The position numbers and the translations under genes were made by a program. Positions 1 through 9,432 of a stretch of 64,000 nt of DNA are shown here, piece by piece (the stretch's first letter is position 1; each line of letters begins with the position of its first letter). The notes beneath the pieces are model-generated. The model was not told where the DNA came from, searched no databases, and saw only the letters and a program-made list of their open reading frames with translations. Where the stretch lies: the IMG/VR virus record IMGVR_UViG_3300043331_001676, positions 1 through 64,000 of that record; one strand, given 5' to 3'. Origin of the DNA: a virus.

Positions 1-3
1 AGA

Positions 4-495
4 TTATTTTGCCTTTTCACCGTTTACCTCCCGATCAATGGCCACCAGTAGCTGCAAGCGGCGGTACTCCATCCTGAGCCGGGTATAGTCCTGCCACAGC
101 TCGGTCGTATTGGCCGGATCCGGGTCCAGGGCCGGCTGAAGCTGGTTTTTGTCCAGGGGTACGCTGGCGCCCACCGGAAGCTGCGCTGCGGGTCGTTCGA
201 GCAACTGCGGGCTGGATAAGTTCCGCAGTTGCCGCCGGCGTTCGGCCAGGGCCTGGCGGGCGCTCTCTTTGCTCGCCTCCAGCCGGGCCTGTCGTTCCAC
301 CACATCCAGCCGGGCCGCTTGCAGCCGGCTGTAGACCTCGATGCCGTCAATAAATGACCTGTGGATAAGTACGACCAGGTGGCGAAACAGGACCAGGCCG
401 GCGCTAATGGTAAGCAGAACCAGGCTGATGATAAAGGCGATCCTCATCAACTGATTAACGATCAATACCTGCTGTGCCCATTCGATAATTGTCAT
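4..495 (-). CDS. Hypothetical membrane protein with coiled coil
   Basis: N-terminal hydrophobic helix; start overlaps the stop of the upstream gene. Confidence 0.65.
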   Translation of the reverse strand: MTIIEWAQQVLIVNQLMRIAFIISLVLLTISAGLVLFRHLVVLIHRSFIDGIEVYSRLQAARLDVVERQARLEASKESARQALAERRRQLRNLSSPQLLERPAAQLPVGASVPLDKNQLQPALDPDPANTTELWQDYTRLRMEYRRLQLLVAIDREVNGEKAK

Positions 496-1478
496 TTTTC
501 TTTCCCGTTAGTATAGATGTATTGTCCCCGGCCAACGTGCTCAATGTATCCACGCCCCTGGGCATATTCCATCAAGCTGTAGAACTGCTTACGGGACAAA
601 CCGGCACGTTCCATTCCATCTGCCGGGCCAAAAGGTTCGTGCCTGCTATGTTCCAGAAGGCGGCTTAATTGCTCCTCTCGCTCATGGTTCAACTCCGGCA
701 CTTTCAGGGAACGTTCCGGGGTTATGACGGAACGTTCCGCCTGCTCTCTTTTTGCCTCGGCCCTGGCCAACGCCGCCCGCTGCTTGATGATCTCGGCCTC
801 GGCCCGGCCGGCCTCAGCCTGAGCCTGAATGATAACCGCCTGGGCCTGGCTTTCTCGCTCCCTGGCCTGAGTCTCTCGCTCTCTGAGCGCTGCTTCCTGC
901 TCGGCCAGTTTTAAATCGTTCTCCCGGTTCGCCTGGGCCTCGGCCTTGCGCTCTCGCCGGCGGGCCTCCAGGCGGCGGATATTGTGCTCGGTGGCAAAGA
1001 CCCAGTGGCCAAAGGGGGCCAGCAGGAAGAAACCCAGCAGGGTCCAGCGGGCGATCTGGGCATCCTGGACCCACTCATAGTGGGGCAGAATTTCGCCGAC
1101 AATAACCATGCCCATACCGAGAATGATGTAGGCAGCCAGGGCATAGCCGCCCACATCCTGGTTTAGCCTCGGTTCTTCCTTCTCCTTGGTCAGGTTGAAC
1201 CGCTCGGCGTGCTGGCTGACGATCAGGCAGGCCAGGGCAAAGGATTCCAGGGCCAGGCCGACCAGCAAGGAGACGGCCAGGCGCAGCCAGGCTTCGGTGA
1301 TGGCGGTCAGGATGCTGCCGTAAAGCATGAGGGTGATGATGCTGACCGGGGCCAGGGGGATCATCACCGGCGACAGGATAACGGCATAACCGCCCATGAG
1401 CCGAACCAGCTCGTTGCCGAGGTTGAGCAGAAAGTCAACGATAGTTTCAACCCTTAGCTTCCTGAGATCAGCCCACAT
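492..1478 (-). CDS. Multi-TM membrane protein with coiled coil and possible C-terminal winged HTH
   Basis: Start reassigned to ATG 1478 (MWADLRK, AGGAG upstream); 4 hydrophobic segments, EAQAR-rich coil, LSRKQFYSLMEYA...GRGQY wing-like end. Confidence 0.7.
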   Translation of the reverse strand: MWADLRKLRVETIVDFLLNLGNELVRLMGGYAVILSPVMIPLAPVSIITLMLYGSILTAITEAWLRLAVSLLVGLALESFALACLIVSQHAERFNLTKEKEEPRLNQDVGGYALAAYIILGMGMVIVGEILPHYEWVQDAQIARWTLLGFFLLAPFGHWVFATEHNIRRLEARRRERKAEAQANRENDLKLAEQEAALRERETQARERESQAQAVIIQAQAEAGRAEAEIIKQRAALARAEAKREQAERSVITPERSLKVPELNHEREEQLSRLLEHSRHEPFGPADGMERAGLSRKQFYSLMEYAQGRGYIEHVGRGQYIYTNGKEK

Positions 1479-1713
1479 TATCCCTCTCCTCCTTGACCAC
1501 CCAGACGGAATTTTTGACAATGTTTTTGGCCGCCCGGACCTCCAGGCCGGCCACCGGCTCGACCTGGCCCACCTGCTTCTCGTTGACGTAAACGATAGCC
1601 GGCGGGTAGCCGAAGCGGGCCTTAAAGCGGCTAACTCCGCCCGCGAGAACACTATTGATGGATTCGCCAGGCCCATCCGCACCCCACAGCAAGCCTTCCA
1701 GTTTGATCGCCAT
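1468..1713 (-). CDS. Hypothetical protein
   Basis: ATG 1713 with GGGAG RBS; tiles between neighbouring genes. Confidence 0.65.
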   Translation of the reverse strand: MAIKLEGLLWGADGPGESINSVLAGGVSRFKARFGYPPAIVYVNEKQVGQVEPVAGLEVRAAKNIVKNSVWVVKEERDNVG

Positions 1714-1723
1714 ATAAGTCTCC

Positions 1724-2056
1724 CTAATTCCGCCGCTGCGGGTTGTCCACCCACAGGGTGGTGATGGCCGAATCAAACAGCCCCCGCACCTCGGCCTCGA
1801 TTGCCTGGACCACCTGGGGGCAGCCGGCCGGGTCCAGGATGGTGATGGCAGTAAAGCCGTTATCGCTTTCCAGGATAAAGCCCCGGTGGTAGATGTAGTA
1901 AGTCAGCCGGTGGGGCAGGGCGTCAATGAAGACAAAGATTTGTTTCGGACCGGGCTGGACCCGGTCCATCTGCTCCTGGAAGGTGTCATAGATGCCGGCA
2001 GCCTGCATCTCCCTCACAATCTGCTCGTTTTTGGTCTGAAAGAGGACGGGCTGCAT
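1724..2056 (-). CDS. Hypothetical protein
   Basis: Operon tiling, RBS-like GAGG. Confidence 0.65.
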   Translation of the reverse strand: MQPVLFQTKNEQIVREMQAAGIYDTFQEQMDRVQPGPKQIFVFIDALPHRLTYYIYHRGFILESDNGFTAITILDPAGCPQVVQAIEAEVRGLFDSAITTLWVDNPQRRN

Positions 2057-2488
2057 TTAAGCCTCACCTTGGCCTCTGCGGGCCACTTCGTCCGGGAACC
2101 TGACGCCGAGGATGCCCAGGGCGCGCCTTGCCGGTTCGGGCAGCGCCAGCAGCCGCTCGATGGCATCTGCCGGCATTTCCAGGTGAAAGACGGTGTACTT
2201 GATCTGGCGCAGCCGGGCTTCGAGCTGGCTGAAATCGGGTAAATCACCCGACCCCAAAAGCCGGTTCGCATCGGCGATCCCGGCCTCCTCTCTGGCCACA
2301 ACGGCGGCCCGCGCGGCCCATTCCCAGGCCAGCCCTTCGGCAGGTCCTTCGAGGGCCTCAGGAGGCTCCTTAGGATGCTGGGTGGCCGCAGCCCGGCCCA
2401 GCTCGCAGGCGGCCAGGGCGCGGTCACGGGGTGTAGCGTTGGGGTTGTTGTAGGTTTCCAGATGTGACCATTCGTCAGGATGCGACAT
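2057..2488 (-). CDS. Hypothetical protein carrying in-frame micro-repeat insertions
   Basis: GAGGAGG RBS; contains repeat copies at 2070-2090 and 2333-2376. Confidence 0.6.
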   Translation of the reverse strand: MSHPDEWSHLETYNNPNATPRDRALAACELGRAAATQHPKEPPEALEGPAEGLAWEWAARAAVVAREEAGIADANRLLGSGDLPDFSQLEARLRQIKYTVFHLEMPADAIERLLALPEPARRALGILGVRFPDEVARRGQGEA

Positions 2489-2984
2489 TATCGGTTTCCT
2501 CCTCGGCCATCTGCTCTTTGATCTGCCGGTTGATTAAAGTAAAGGCTTGCTCGTCTGCGCCGGCAGCCAGTTCCCGGTACTCAACCGCCAGGCCGTAAAT
2601 CTCGGCCAGGAATTCAAAGGCATTTTTCAGTTCTTTGTAGGCATGGCCCCCTGAACCGCTGTAGTCGGTCATCCCACAGGTCAGATAGACAGTGGTTTCG
2701 GTGCGGACCTCGGCAAAGATTTGATGGCCGCCTGCGATCTCTTTTTGCGGGCAGAGCCAGAAGGTCAGGCCGGTAACAGGGCCGTAGCCGCCCGCCAGGG
2801 CGTGGTAGAGCAAAGGGTAGATGTCATCGGACGAAAAGCCGATGAAGTCCACCAGGTCGTCCCGGCTGGGGTCAAAGGGATGCCGGGTCAGGTACCAGGT
2901 TTGACCGTATTCCCTGGCCTCCTTCATATGATCCGGCCGTTTGATGGCCTTGACGATAGTTTTGAGAGCTTGCTGCTTGTTCAT
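2475..2984 (-). CDS. Hypothetical protein
   Basis: AAAGGA RBS, operon tiling. Confidence 0.7.
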   Translation of the reverse strand: MNKQQALKTIVKAIKRPDHMKEAREYGQTWYLTRHPFDPSRDDLVDFIGFSSDDIYPLLYHALAGGYGPVTGLTFWLCPQKEIAGGHQIFAEVRTETTVYLTCGMTDYSGSGGHAYKELKNAFEFLAEIYGLAVEYRELAAGADEQAFTLINRQIKEQMAEEETDNVAS

Positions 2985-3008
2985 GGTTGTTTGGTCCTTT
3001 CTGGTTAA

Positions 3009-4022
3009 TTATTCGACTTGATCCTGGGCGTTTAGCATCGCGCCCTGGCACATCTGCACGTAATCGGCCAGCGCTTGCAATTCGTCACCTAAAGCTTCCT
3101 GAAACAGCTTCAAATCACCCTTCAGTTCCAGAAATCGCGCCCCGGCGACCTCTACCCGTTTCGCCGTCGCCTGCGGCCCCCGGCCATCCGGCTCGGTGAA
3201 CTCCTTGAGCAGGCCGGCCAGCTCGCGCTTGAAGCTGTCAATCACACCGGCCCTGATCTCCTGCTTATTGCGGGCGGCGAAGGCGCTGCCGTCGTCGGCC
3301 ACCTGGTAGACCTGGCAGGTCAGAGGGTTTTGGGTAGTCCGGTACTTTTCCAGGCTGAGCACAAAGGTTTGCAGCGCTTCCAGCTTGTCAGCCGCCCCGG
3401 CGACATTCGCCGGGATGAAGTAAGTCCCATCGGCCAGGCACTTGGCCTTGAGTTTATCAAGGTACTTGCGCAGCCCGCCCCGCACGTCCTGGCCGTCAGC
3501 CATTACAAGCTGGCGGTCGTACTCATCCCGCATCCGGTTGATCAGGACCTTGATATTGCCGTTGGTGGCCGAGAGCGGGTCGAAATCAGGGTGGTACAGG
3601 CCGATGAACTTATCGGTATTGGTGGCGGCGTCGGCGTCGAATTTGAGGATAGCCACCGACTTCATATCGAGCTGCCTGTCCTTCTCGCCGGCAGCCTTGA
3701 CGACCACGCTGCGGACCAGGTGGCGGCAGACGCCGAATTGTTCATCGTTGGCAATAATTTTTGTTTCGACGTAGACCAGGGGATCGCAGCCGAACTGCGA
3801 GCGGATTTTGGCGGCGAAGGCAGCCGGCGGCTGAAGCTTCTGCTTTTTGATGTTGGTCGCCTTCTCCCAGGCATCGTGGGGCCGGGGCGGGAGCGGGACA
3901 TAGGCGGCATCGAAGCCGGCAGCCTGGGCGATTGCAGCAAGATCGGCGTAGGGCGCGGCGATGTCAGCCATACGATAGATGATGAGGTAGCCGAGTTGTT
4001 GAGTATTGTTAGCGGCGGTCAT
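3009..4022 (-). CDS. Conserved hypothetical protein, DUF6744/DUF3150-like
   Basis: AGGAG RBS; GYLIIY...GFD..YVP.PPRP.DAW N-terminus recalls this family. Confidence 0.55.
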   Translation of the reverse strand: MTAANNTQQLGYLIIYRMADIAAPYADLAAIAQAAGFDAAYVPLPPRPHDAWEKATNIKKQKLQPPAAFAAKIRSQFGCDPLVYVETKIIANDEQFGVCRHLVRSVVVKAAGEKDRQLDMKSVAILKFDADAATNTDKFIGLYHPDFDPLSATNGNIKVLINRMRDEYDRQLVMADGQDVRGGLRKYLDKLKAKCLADGTYFIPANVAGAADKLEALQTFVLSLEKYRTTQNPLTCQVYQVADDGSAFAARNKQEIRAGVIDSFKRELAGLLKEFTEPDGRGPQATAKRVEVAGARFLELKGDLKLFQEALGDELQALADYVQMCQGAMLNAQDQVE

Positions 4023-4051
4023 TGCTAGATGCTCCTATGAGACCTGTATGG

Positions 4052-5194
4052 TCAAGGCGATTCCATTAAGGCTTTCACGGCGAAATACATCTCGGTTGAT
4101 TTTTTGGCCTTGTCGCCGTTGGCTGGAAAGCCGGTATAGTTACGTTCTTTTAGTTTGCCCTTGGCCTCAGATTCAGACAGGCCGAAATCCAGGTGTAGCT
4201 GATAAAGTAGATCCTCCAGGGTCTCAAAGCCCCGCTTGGCACGGCGGGCGCCCACGTCTCGCCGCCACAGCCGGCTAAGCTCAGCAGGGGCCGCCTGGCC
4301 TCTGCGGGCCACTTCGCCAGCGTATTTTTCTTTGACTTCGCTATAAGCGTTTTTGGCATGCTGCAAGGCTCCAAATACGCCTTGCTCCATGGCCCACTCG
4401 ATAGCCGCCTCGTCGTTGACAAAGGTATCCGGCCCGGCCTGCTCAATCTGGTCCTGCTCGGCCTGGCTGAGGCCCCCGTAAACTGCTGCCTCGATCTTCT
4501 CCGGCATCCCGGTCCACTTGCCGCTATCATCCCACAGGGTCATTCCGCTGCGGCCCCGGCGCGCCCAGACTACCTTGACCCCCCGGCGCTTTTCATCAGC
4601 CGACTTGACGATATGCAGCTCTACATTGAGCGAGCGATATAGGCGCGCCCGCTCGGTGGCGCTCAAGGTGTGCCGGATCACTTCTTTGGCGTTTTCGTCG
4701 CGGCTATCTTGAAGGTGATAGATCCAGAGTACATCCGTGCCCCAACGGGTTATGGCGTCTTGCAAGAGGCGCATTGTGAGTGCCTTGTCCTTAAACGGAG
4801 TGGTTAGATTTTCCAGGTCTTTGCGGCCCTCTACTTTCTTCTGGCGATTGCGTTCGCGCCGGGCGTCACTTTCTATAACAGCCTCGACCACCTTTGGCGT
4901 AATGATCGCGGTCAGGCTATCTACTACGATGGTCTTTACCCCACTGTCAGGCATATTTTCTCCGAGCAGCTTATGGATTGTCTCAGGTGAGGCGCTATCG
5001 GCGGGATCGTTCGACAGCTCGTACACATCACCCTCGACCAGGTTGACCACCTCGCTAAAGCGATGGTCGGCATCAATCGGTAGCAGCGGAGTGCGCATCT
5101 GGGTAGCAAAGGTGCTTTTGCCATCGCCGGGATAACTTACCAGCGCCCAGTGGCGCGGTGGATATTGGGGCTTGGTCATTTTTTGAAAAGGCAT
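4052..5194 (-). CDS. AAA_24 / Sak4-like phage recombination ATPase
   Basis: Walker A SYPGDGKST, LPIDAD, Walker B TIVVDSLT; AAGGAG RBS. Confidence 0.8.
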   Translation of the reverse strand: MPFQKMTKPQYPPRHWALVSYPGDGKSTFATQMRTPLLPIDADHRFSEVVNLVEGDVYELSNDPADSASPETIHKLLGENMPDSGVKTIVVDSLTAIITPKVVEAVIESDARRERNRQKKVEGRKDLENLTTPFKDKALTMRLLQDAITRWGTDVLWIYHLQDSRDENAKEVIRHTLSATERARLYRSLNVELHIVKSADEKRRGVKVVWARRGRSGMTLWDDSGKWTGMPEKIEAAVYGGLSQAEQDQIEQAGPDTFVNDEAAIEWAMEQGVFGALQHAKNAYSEVKEKYAGEVARRGQAAPAELSRLWRRDVGARRAKRGFETLEDLLYQLHLDFGLSESEAKGKLKERNYTGFPANGDKAKKSTEMYFAVKALMESP

Positions 5195-5206
5195 TTTGGA
5201 TACTCC

Positions 5207-5428
5207 TTAGTTGATCTTGAGTTCAGCTAAAATCTCAAACGTCGCGCCCCGGCGGACCTGCTGGCGCAACGCCCCGGCGCAGGCCGGGCAGCGCTTGACA
5301 TCGTAGCAGTCGGTGGGCGTAAGGATGGTCAGGCGGACTGTGGCCGGCTCGTAGCAGCGCAAGAGTAAGGGCAGGTCGGTACCCGGGTTGATAGGCCGGG
5401 TTGGGAAACCAGGCATCACATACGTCAC
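5207..5428 (-). CDS. Small hypothetical protein with CxxC
   Basis: Operon tiling, CPAC motif. Confidence 0.5.
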   Translation of the reverse strand: MTYVMPGFPTRPINPGTDLPLLLRCYEPATVRLTILTPTDCYDVKRCPACAGALRQQVRRGATFEILAELKIN

Positions 5429-5494
5429 CCATCCCGGCGGGCCGGGGGTGGATAGCGGATAGCGAGCGGTTGGGAAGTCTGGGGGATGCGATGG

Positions 5495-6076
5495 TCATAG
5501 TAGGTCTCCTATATTTCGCCAATCGGCCAGGCCCGGCAGGTCGGCCAGGTGTGCGTTCCAGGGCAGGGCAAAGCGGATCACCCGCCGGCCCGCCTCGGAT
5601 AGTTTGGTCAGGGTCGTTGGGCTATCGTCTACGTGCCAGTCAAAGGCCACGCTGCCCTTGTCGGTCGTGTGAATGATTGAACTATAGGGAATATTCCAGC
5701 GTTTGAGCCACGGCTCGGTGAGCCAGGGGCAGGCTGTGGCGGTGGTGATGACCAGGCGGTAATCCCGGCTGAGGCGGCGCAGGGCCGGGACGACGCCAGG
5801 CAAGGGCTTCGCTTCGGCGAAAATCATTGGGTCGGCCCAGGCCCAGCTTGTGAATTCTTGATTATCCAGGCCGAGCAGGTTGCCCAGGGGCGGGTCCCAG
5901 CAGCTAAACATCTGGCGCTGAAGCTTGAGAGAATAGCGGCGCTGGACGGCGGCGATGATAGAGCCGATCTGGTCGCGGATGACGTTGTCCAGGTCCAGGG
6001 AGAGGGTGGATTGGCAGGGCCGAACAGGCCCGAAGGCATGGGCTGGAATGGTTTGCGGGAAGAAGTAGGGCTGCAT
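5495..6076 (-). CDS. HAD-family 5'(3')-deoxyribonucleotidase (NT5C-like)
   Basis: Motif I LDLDNVI, motif II VITTA, K, motif IV HVDDSP. Confidence 0.85.
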   Translation of the reverse strand: MQPYFFPQTIPAHAFGPVRPCQSTLSLDLDNVIRDQIGSIIAAVQRRYSLKLQRQMFSCWDPPLGNLLGLDNQEFTSWAWADPMIFAEAKPLPGVVPALRRLSRDYRLVITTATACPWLTEPWLKRWNIPYSSIIHTTDKGSVAFDWHVDDSPTTLTKLSEAGRRVIRFALPWNAHLADLPGLADWRNIGDLL

Positions 6077-6324
6077 TAGATAATCTCCTGGTGATTGAGA
6101 GCGATTTGTGACCAGGCCAGGCGGTCGTCGGGTTGGGCGACCTGGCCGAGATAGGGCAAGCTGCGTCCTGAGTTTATCGAAGGGTTGGGTTTTTCGGCAG
6201 CGGTCATGGTGACCACGCCCGCGCGAGTGCTGATGAGATGCGCCCAGTAAGCGGCTTCGCCCTGCGGGGCATCGAGGAAACGACCAGAGAAGAAGATACG
6301 GGTGGTGGGCCGGCTCATCCTCAT
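6076..6324 (-). CDS. Hypothetical protein containing a repeat insertion
   Basis: Operon tiling; repeat copy at 6164-6184. Confidence 0.5.
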   Translation of the reverse strand: MRMSRPTTRIFFSGRFLDAPQGEAAYWAHLISTRAGVVTMTAAEKPNPSINSGRSLPYLGQVAQPDDRLAWSQIALNHQEII

Positions 6325-6476
6325 CGGGGCACCTCGCGTTCTTTGAGTAGCCGCTGGGTTTCCTGCAACTGGTCCAGTGGTCTCAGGCGAGCATAGCCGG
6401 TGGCGGTCCTTAGTTTGCGTTTGAGGCTGGCAATGCGGTTGCGTAAAACTTGCTTGTAGGTTTCATAGCTGTTCAT
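6321..6476 (-). CDS. Small basic protein (51 aa, MNSYETYKQVLRNRIASLKRKL), not in the ORF track
   Basis: ATGA overlaps with both neighbours; GGAGG RBS. Confidence 0.6.
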   Translation of the reverse strand: MNSYETYKQVLRNRIASLKRKLRTATGYARLRPLDQLQETQRLLKEREVPR

Positions 6477-6664
6477 CGGGCGGCCTCCAGGGCGGGGGCC
6501 AGACTTTCAAAAAAGCCAAAGGCTAGCTGGCCGGAGGGACGGGCCAGCCGGGCTTCCTGCTCGCGGCGGTAGCGGTCGGGGTTGCTGCCTTCGGGGACGC
6601 GGACCCAGTCGCCGCTGGAGAGGATAATGATGGTTTTGACGGCTTGCTTGGGTTGTGATACCAT
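6473..6664 (-). CDS. Hypothetical protein, first gene of the leftward operon
   Basis: AAGGAGA RBS, downstream of a strong promoter. Confidence 0.65.
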   Translation of the reverse strand: MVSQPKQAVKTIIILSSGDWVRVPEGSNPDRYRREQEARLARPSGQLAFGFFESLAPALEAAR

Positions 6665-6788
6665 GATGTCTCCTTGTTCTGAAACCCTGTGGTTGCCGTT
6701 TGCTTTGCCGGCGGCGGCAGCCGGAGGGTTTTTTATTGGTTATTTATAATTGCATATAATCAATATTTCGTTGCTGTAATGCAAAAGG

Positions 6789-6828
6789 ATTATATCACAC
6801 AATCCCGAATATTGTCAAGATGCAATTT
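6789..6828 (-). promoter_or_regulatory. Leftward early promoter (PL-like) with overlapping operator
   Basis: TTGACA-18 nt-TATAAT with extended -10 TG; AAATTGCATCTTGACAA is identical to the rightward promoter at 8652-8668. Confidence 0.85.
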
Positions 6829-6857
6829 TTTCTTTCTTGTATGCAATTCCATCATCC

Positions 6858-6889
6858 AAAAAAATACCCCGGCTTAACCGGGGTATTTT
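6858..6889 (-). terminator. Intrinsic terminator closing the repressor-side accessory operon
   Basis: Perfect 12-bp stem AAAATACCCCGG/CCGGGGTATTTT, 5-nt loop, T-run on the minus strand. Confidence 0.85.
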
Positions 6890-6903
6890 GTCTCGAAGTT
6901 GTC

Positions 6904-7161
6904 CTACTCAAGGAAGTCGGGCAATTCGCTCGATTCGGTTCTTGGCCCAATAGTGGAACCGCCGGAGGTTAACCCGGCGTTTAGCTGAGTTGCGGCATCA
7001 AGCAGGTCGCCGGCTAAAGCTTGCTCAACTCCCAATTCGGCCATTATATTCTCAATGCTTGCATTGCCCCTGTATAGCATTATCAGCACCTTGACCAACA
7101 AGGCTACGGCTACCTCTTGATCATTTTTCCATAACGTACCCAGGATGCTCCCGCTCGCCAT
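6904..7161 (-). CDS. Hypothetical protein (MASGSILG start)
   Basis: GGAAGGG RBS; ends just before the terminator. Confidence 0.55.
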   Translation of the reverse strand: MASGSILGTLWKNDQEVAVALLVKVLIMLYRGNASIENIMAELGVEQALAGDLLDAATQLNAGLTSGGSTIGPRTESSELPDFLE

Positions 7162-7198
7162 CAGTCGCCCTTCCCGCAACAATATTTTTGGGTTGTTT

Positions 7199-7564
7199 TT
7201 ATCCCATTCCGAGCACGTACCTGGTAACGATGCTGTAAACCAGGTGGGCTTTATCGGCTCCACGAAACTCAAACGAAAACCTGCCGGCCGCCGTGATCAG
7301 GGTAATTTCACTGGTCTGAAAGATAAGCCCTTCGTCGGCAGAGGCAACACCAATGACCTGGTGGTAGGGGATTGAGACCATTGACTTTTTCTTCAGCAGG
7401 ACACCCTGATCGTAGAAGATAAGGCGGCGATTCGTGATCCCGACAAAGCCGGTGCCGCCACCTTTACAATCGAAAACTGCATGGAGCACTTCTCCCTGCA
7501 CCAGATAGGGAACGACGCGCTTGTATTGGTCTTCCTTGTCATAGGTGGTTTTTAGCTGGTTCAT
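7199..7564 (-). CDS. Bacterial PH-domain protein (bPH_1/bPH_3-like)
   Basis: LVQGEVL...VGITNRRLIFYD...SIPYHQVIGV pattern. Confidence 0.8.
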   Translation of the reverse strand: MNQLKTTYDKEDQYKRVVPYLVQGEVLHAVFDCKGGGTGFVGITNRRLIFYDQGVLLKKKSMVSIPYHQVIGVASADEGLIFQTSEITLITAAGRFSFEFRGADKAHLVYSIVTRYVLGMG

Positions 7565-7794
7565 ACGGGCCTGCCTATGGGGAGCGTACAACTTCTAATA
7601 AATTCTAACCAAACCCTAACCGCTTTCTCAGGGTTTCCAGTACCTTAGTACCGAAAATTTTCTAGGATTCGCTCTGTGACTATGATAAAATTTCTGATAC
7701 CAGTTGGCTCAGTATTTGATACTATTCGGTCCCAGTCCCCCTCCCCATTAAAAATAACTTATAATAATCCCCTCAAGGCGGAAGGGAATTCGAT

Positions 7795-8004
7795 ATGCCC
7801 CATGTGCTTTATCAAACTTTGCTCCATAACCCTATAAACGTTCCATCACATTCTGAATTCGCTTTTCTAATCATTCTCAACCTGGCAGAGAAGGCCGGTG
7901 TATCAGTTAGGGATGTGATTGACTGGCTCAAGTCAGGCCAGCCCGAACCTAGGGAACTTCCTTCCGTTGTTGTTCATTCAATATCTTCTGTAAACGACCG
8001 ATGA
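7795..8004 (+). CDS. Small possible HTH protein convergent with the repressor
   Basis: GGAAGGG RBS; LAEKAGVSVRDVIDWL is HTH-like. Confidence 0.35.
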   Translation: MPHVLYQTLLHNPINVPSHSEFAFLIILNLAEKAGVSVRDVIDWLKSGQPEPRELPSVVVHSISSVNDR

Positions 8005-8608
8005 CCCTCTGGACCATTTCCGGGTCGGCTTCATCAACGGCAAGATATAAATCAATATGTTCTATTGCGCGCCGCCACTCTTCTTTTTTGGCCTCGCTTG
8101 TCCTTGAGCGCTCGCCGCTGGAATTATGCCGGCTCTCCTGTTCGTATTTCTGCCACCTGGCAAAGTCGTAGAGCTGCCTCCGCGAGTATTCATCAAATCC
8201 CTGGACGATGTCCCAGACATCTTCCAGGGTTGGACTGGGTTCATCCAGGTCAGGAATAGATGGTGCTGTTGTTCTGGGCGGCGCCGGCACGCCGGATGCG
8301 CCCCGGATCATAGCCAGGATGGCTTGCTGATACGCAGCCGGCAGAGAGCGAAAGCCGTGCAGTAAGTCCTGCTCGACCCCCTCAGTTTCCGGCGCAGGCG
8401 GCAGCCGGCCGGCCAGCCGAAAAATCTTTTCCGGCGGCTCCCCCAGCGCCTTCGCGATCTTTGAAAGCGCGTCATCGCCCGGCGTAACGTGCTCGCCCAG
8501 GATGCGACTGATCGTACTTGGAGATAGGCCCGAATCCCGCGCCAAATCGGCCGAGCTTATTCCCCGAACTCTTATTTCTTTGCGCAGCCAATCAATAAAT
8601 TGTTCCAT
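7949..8608 (-). CDS. CI-like XRE-family repressor
   Basis: HTH SADLARDSGLSPSTISRIL; divergent from a second HTH gene; no S24 peptidase domain evident. Confidence 0.85.
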   Translation of the reverse strand: MEQFIDWLRKEIRVRGISSADLARDSGLSPSTISRILGEHVTPGDDALSKIAKALGEPPEKIFRLAGRLPPAPETEGVEQDLLHGFRSLPAAYQQAILAMIRGASGVPAPPRTTAPSIPDLDEPSPTLEDVWDIVQGFDEYSRRQLYDFARWQKYEQESRHNSSGERSRTSEAKKEEWRRAIEHIDLYLAVDEADPEMVQRVIGRLQKILNEQQRKEVP

Positions 8609-8647
8609 ACAAGTAATCCTAACATAATATCAATTGATTGTGTGCAA
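8609..8647 (-). promoter_or_regulatory. PRM-like repressor promoter, probably leaderless
   Basis: Extended -10 TGtTAGGAT (8616-8621) lies 7 nt before the ATG; no SD sequence. Confidence 0.55.
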
Positions 8648-8651
8648 TATT

Positions 8652-8691
8652 AAATTGCATCTTGACAAGAAATGTGGTTGTGTGGTAATAT
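8652..8691 (+). promoter_or_regulatory. Rightward early promoter (PR-like)
   Basis: TTGACA (8662)-18 nt-TAATAT (8686); shares a 17-bp box with PL. Confidence 0.8.
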
Positions 8692-8729
8692 TCCATAAAC
8701 GCAATAAATCGTTGCAAGGATGGACTAAG

Positions 8730-9071
8730 ATGCAATTTCGAGATTGGTTATCAAGCGAACTGGAACAGCGCGGCTGGACTGCGGCGGAGCTGGCAAAGCG
8801 AGCCAGCATCAACCCCAGCACCTTAAGTCGTATTCTGGACGACAAGGAGCCGCGCCCGGTCGGCGTTGAAGTGGCCCGAAAGATAGCCCTCGGCCTGGGC
8901 GAAGCGCCGGAAAAAGTATTCATCCTGGCCGGCCTGCTGCCCGCCCCATTGGGCGAAGATGATCCCACGGTCCATGAAATTACCAACCTGGTCAAGCAAC
9001 TGCCTGAATCAAAGCGCAGGGAAGTCCTGGAATTTACCCGGTTCAAAGCTACCACCATGCTTGCCGTCTAG
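8730..9071 (+). CDS. Cro-position XRE-family HTH regulator
   Basis: TAAELAKRASINPSTLSRIL; AAGGA RBS before ATG 8730. Confidence 0.85.
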   Translation: MQFRDWLSSELEQRGWTAAELAKRASINPSTLSRILDDKEPRPVGVEVARKIALGLGEAPEKVFILAGLLPAPLGEDDPTVHEITNLVKQLPESKRREVLEFTRFKATTMLAV

Positions 9072-9183
9072 GCAGCCCGGCCCCACGGCCCCGGCTGCTT
9101 TGTATTTTATGCCGGACCCTGCCGCAAGCCGGCAATTTCTCCGACCCCTGGCCAGCCGGGGATAGCAACGAAGTAGGAAGACC

Positions 9184-9432
9184 ATGAAGCTTACTTCTCA
9201 AACCTCTGATTATGCCCTTGAGGAAGTTCCTGGTTCACAGTACCAGACAGTTGAACAGTGCCAGGAAGCGCTTCTTGAGCCACTGGCCCGGTTGATCGCC
9301 GAGATGATCTGCCAGGCCCGGTTAGCAGATGAGGGCAAACGTGATACAATAGAGCCGTGTCCTGAGAACTTCCTGAGCGCAACCGAAGGGTTTATCGAAG
9401 GACCAAAAAACTTCGAGGCGAGCAATGTTTAA
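9184..9432 (+). CDS. Small protein upstream of the integrase (RDF candidate)
   Basis: AGGA RBS; overlaps the integrase start; function inferred from position only. Confidence 0.45.
   Translation: MKLTSQTSDYALEEVPGSQYQTVEQCQEALLEPLARLIAEMICQARLADEGKRDTIEPCPENFLSATEGFIEGPKNFEASNV
9322..9350 (+). promoter_or_regulatory. Possible dedicated integrase promoter
   Basis: TTAGCA-17 nt-TACAAT with extended -10 TG. Confidence 0.5.

Noticed and set aside
1479-1754. N-terminal extension of the 420-aa ORF
   Set aside because: Overlaps a better gene (1468-1713) in another frame.
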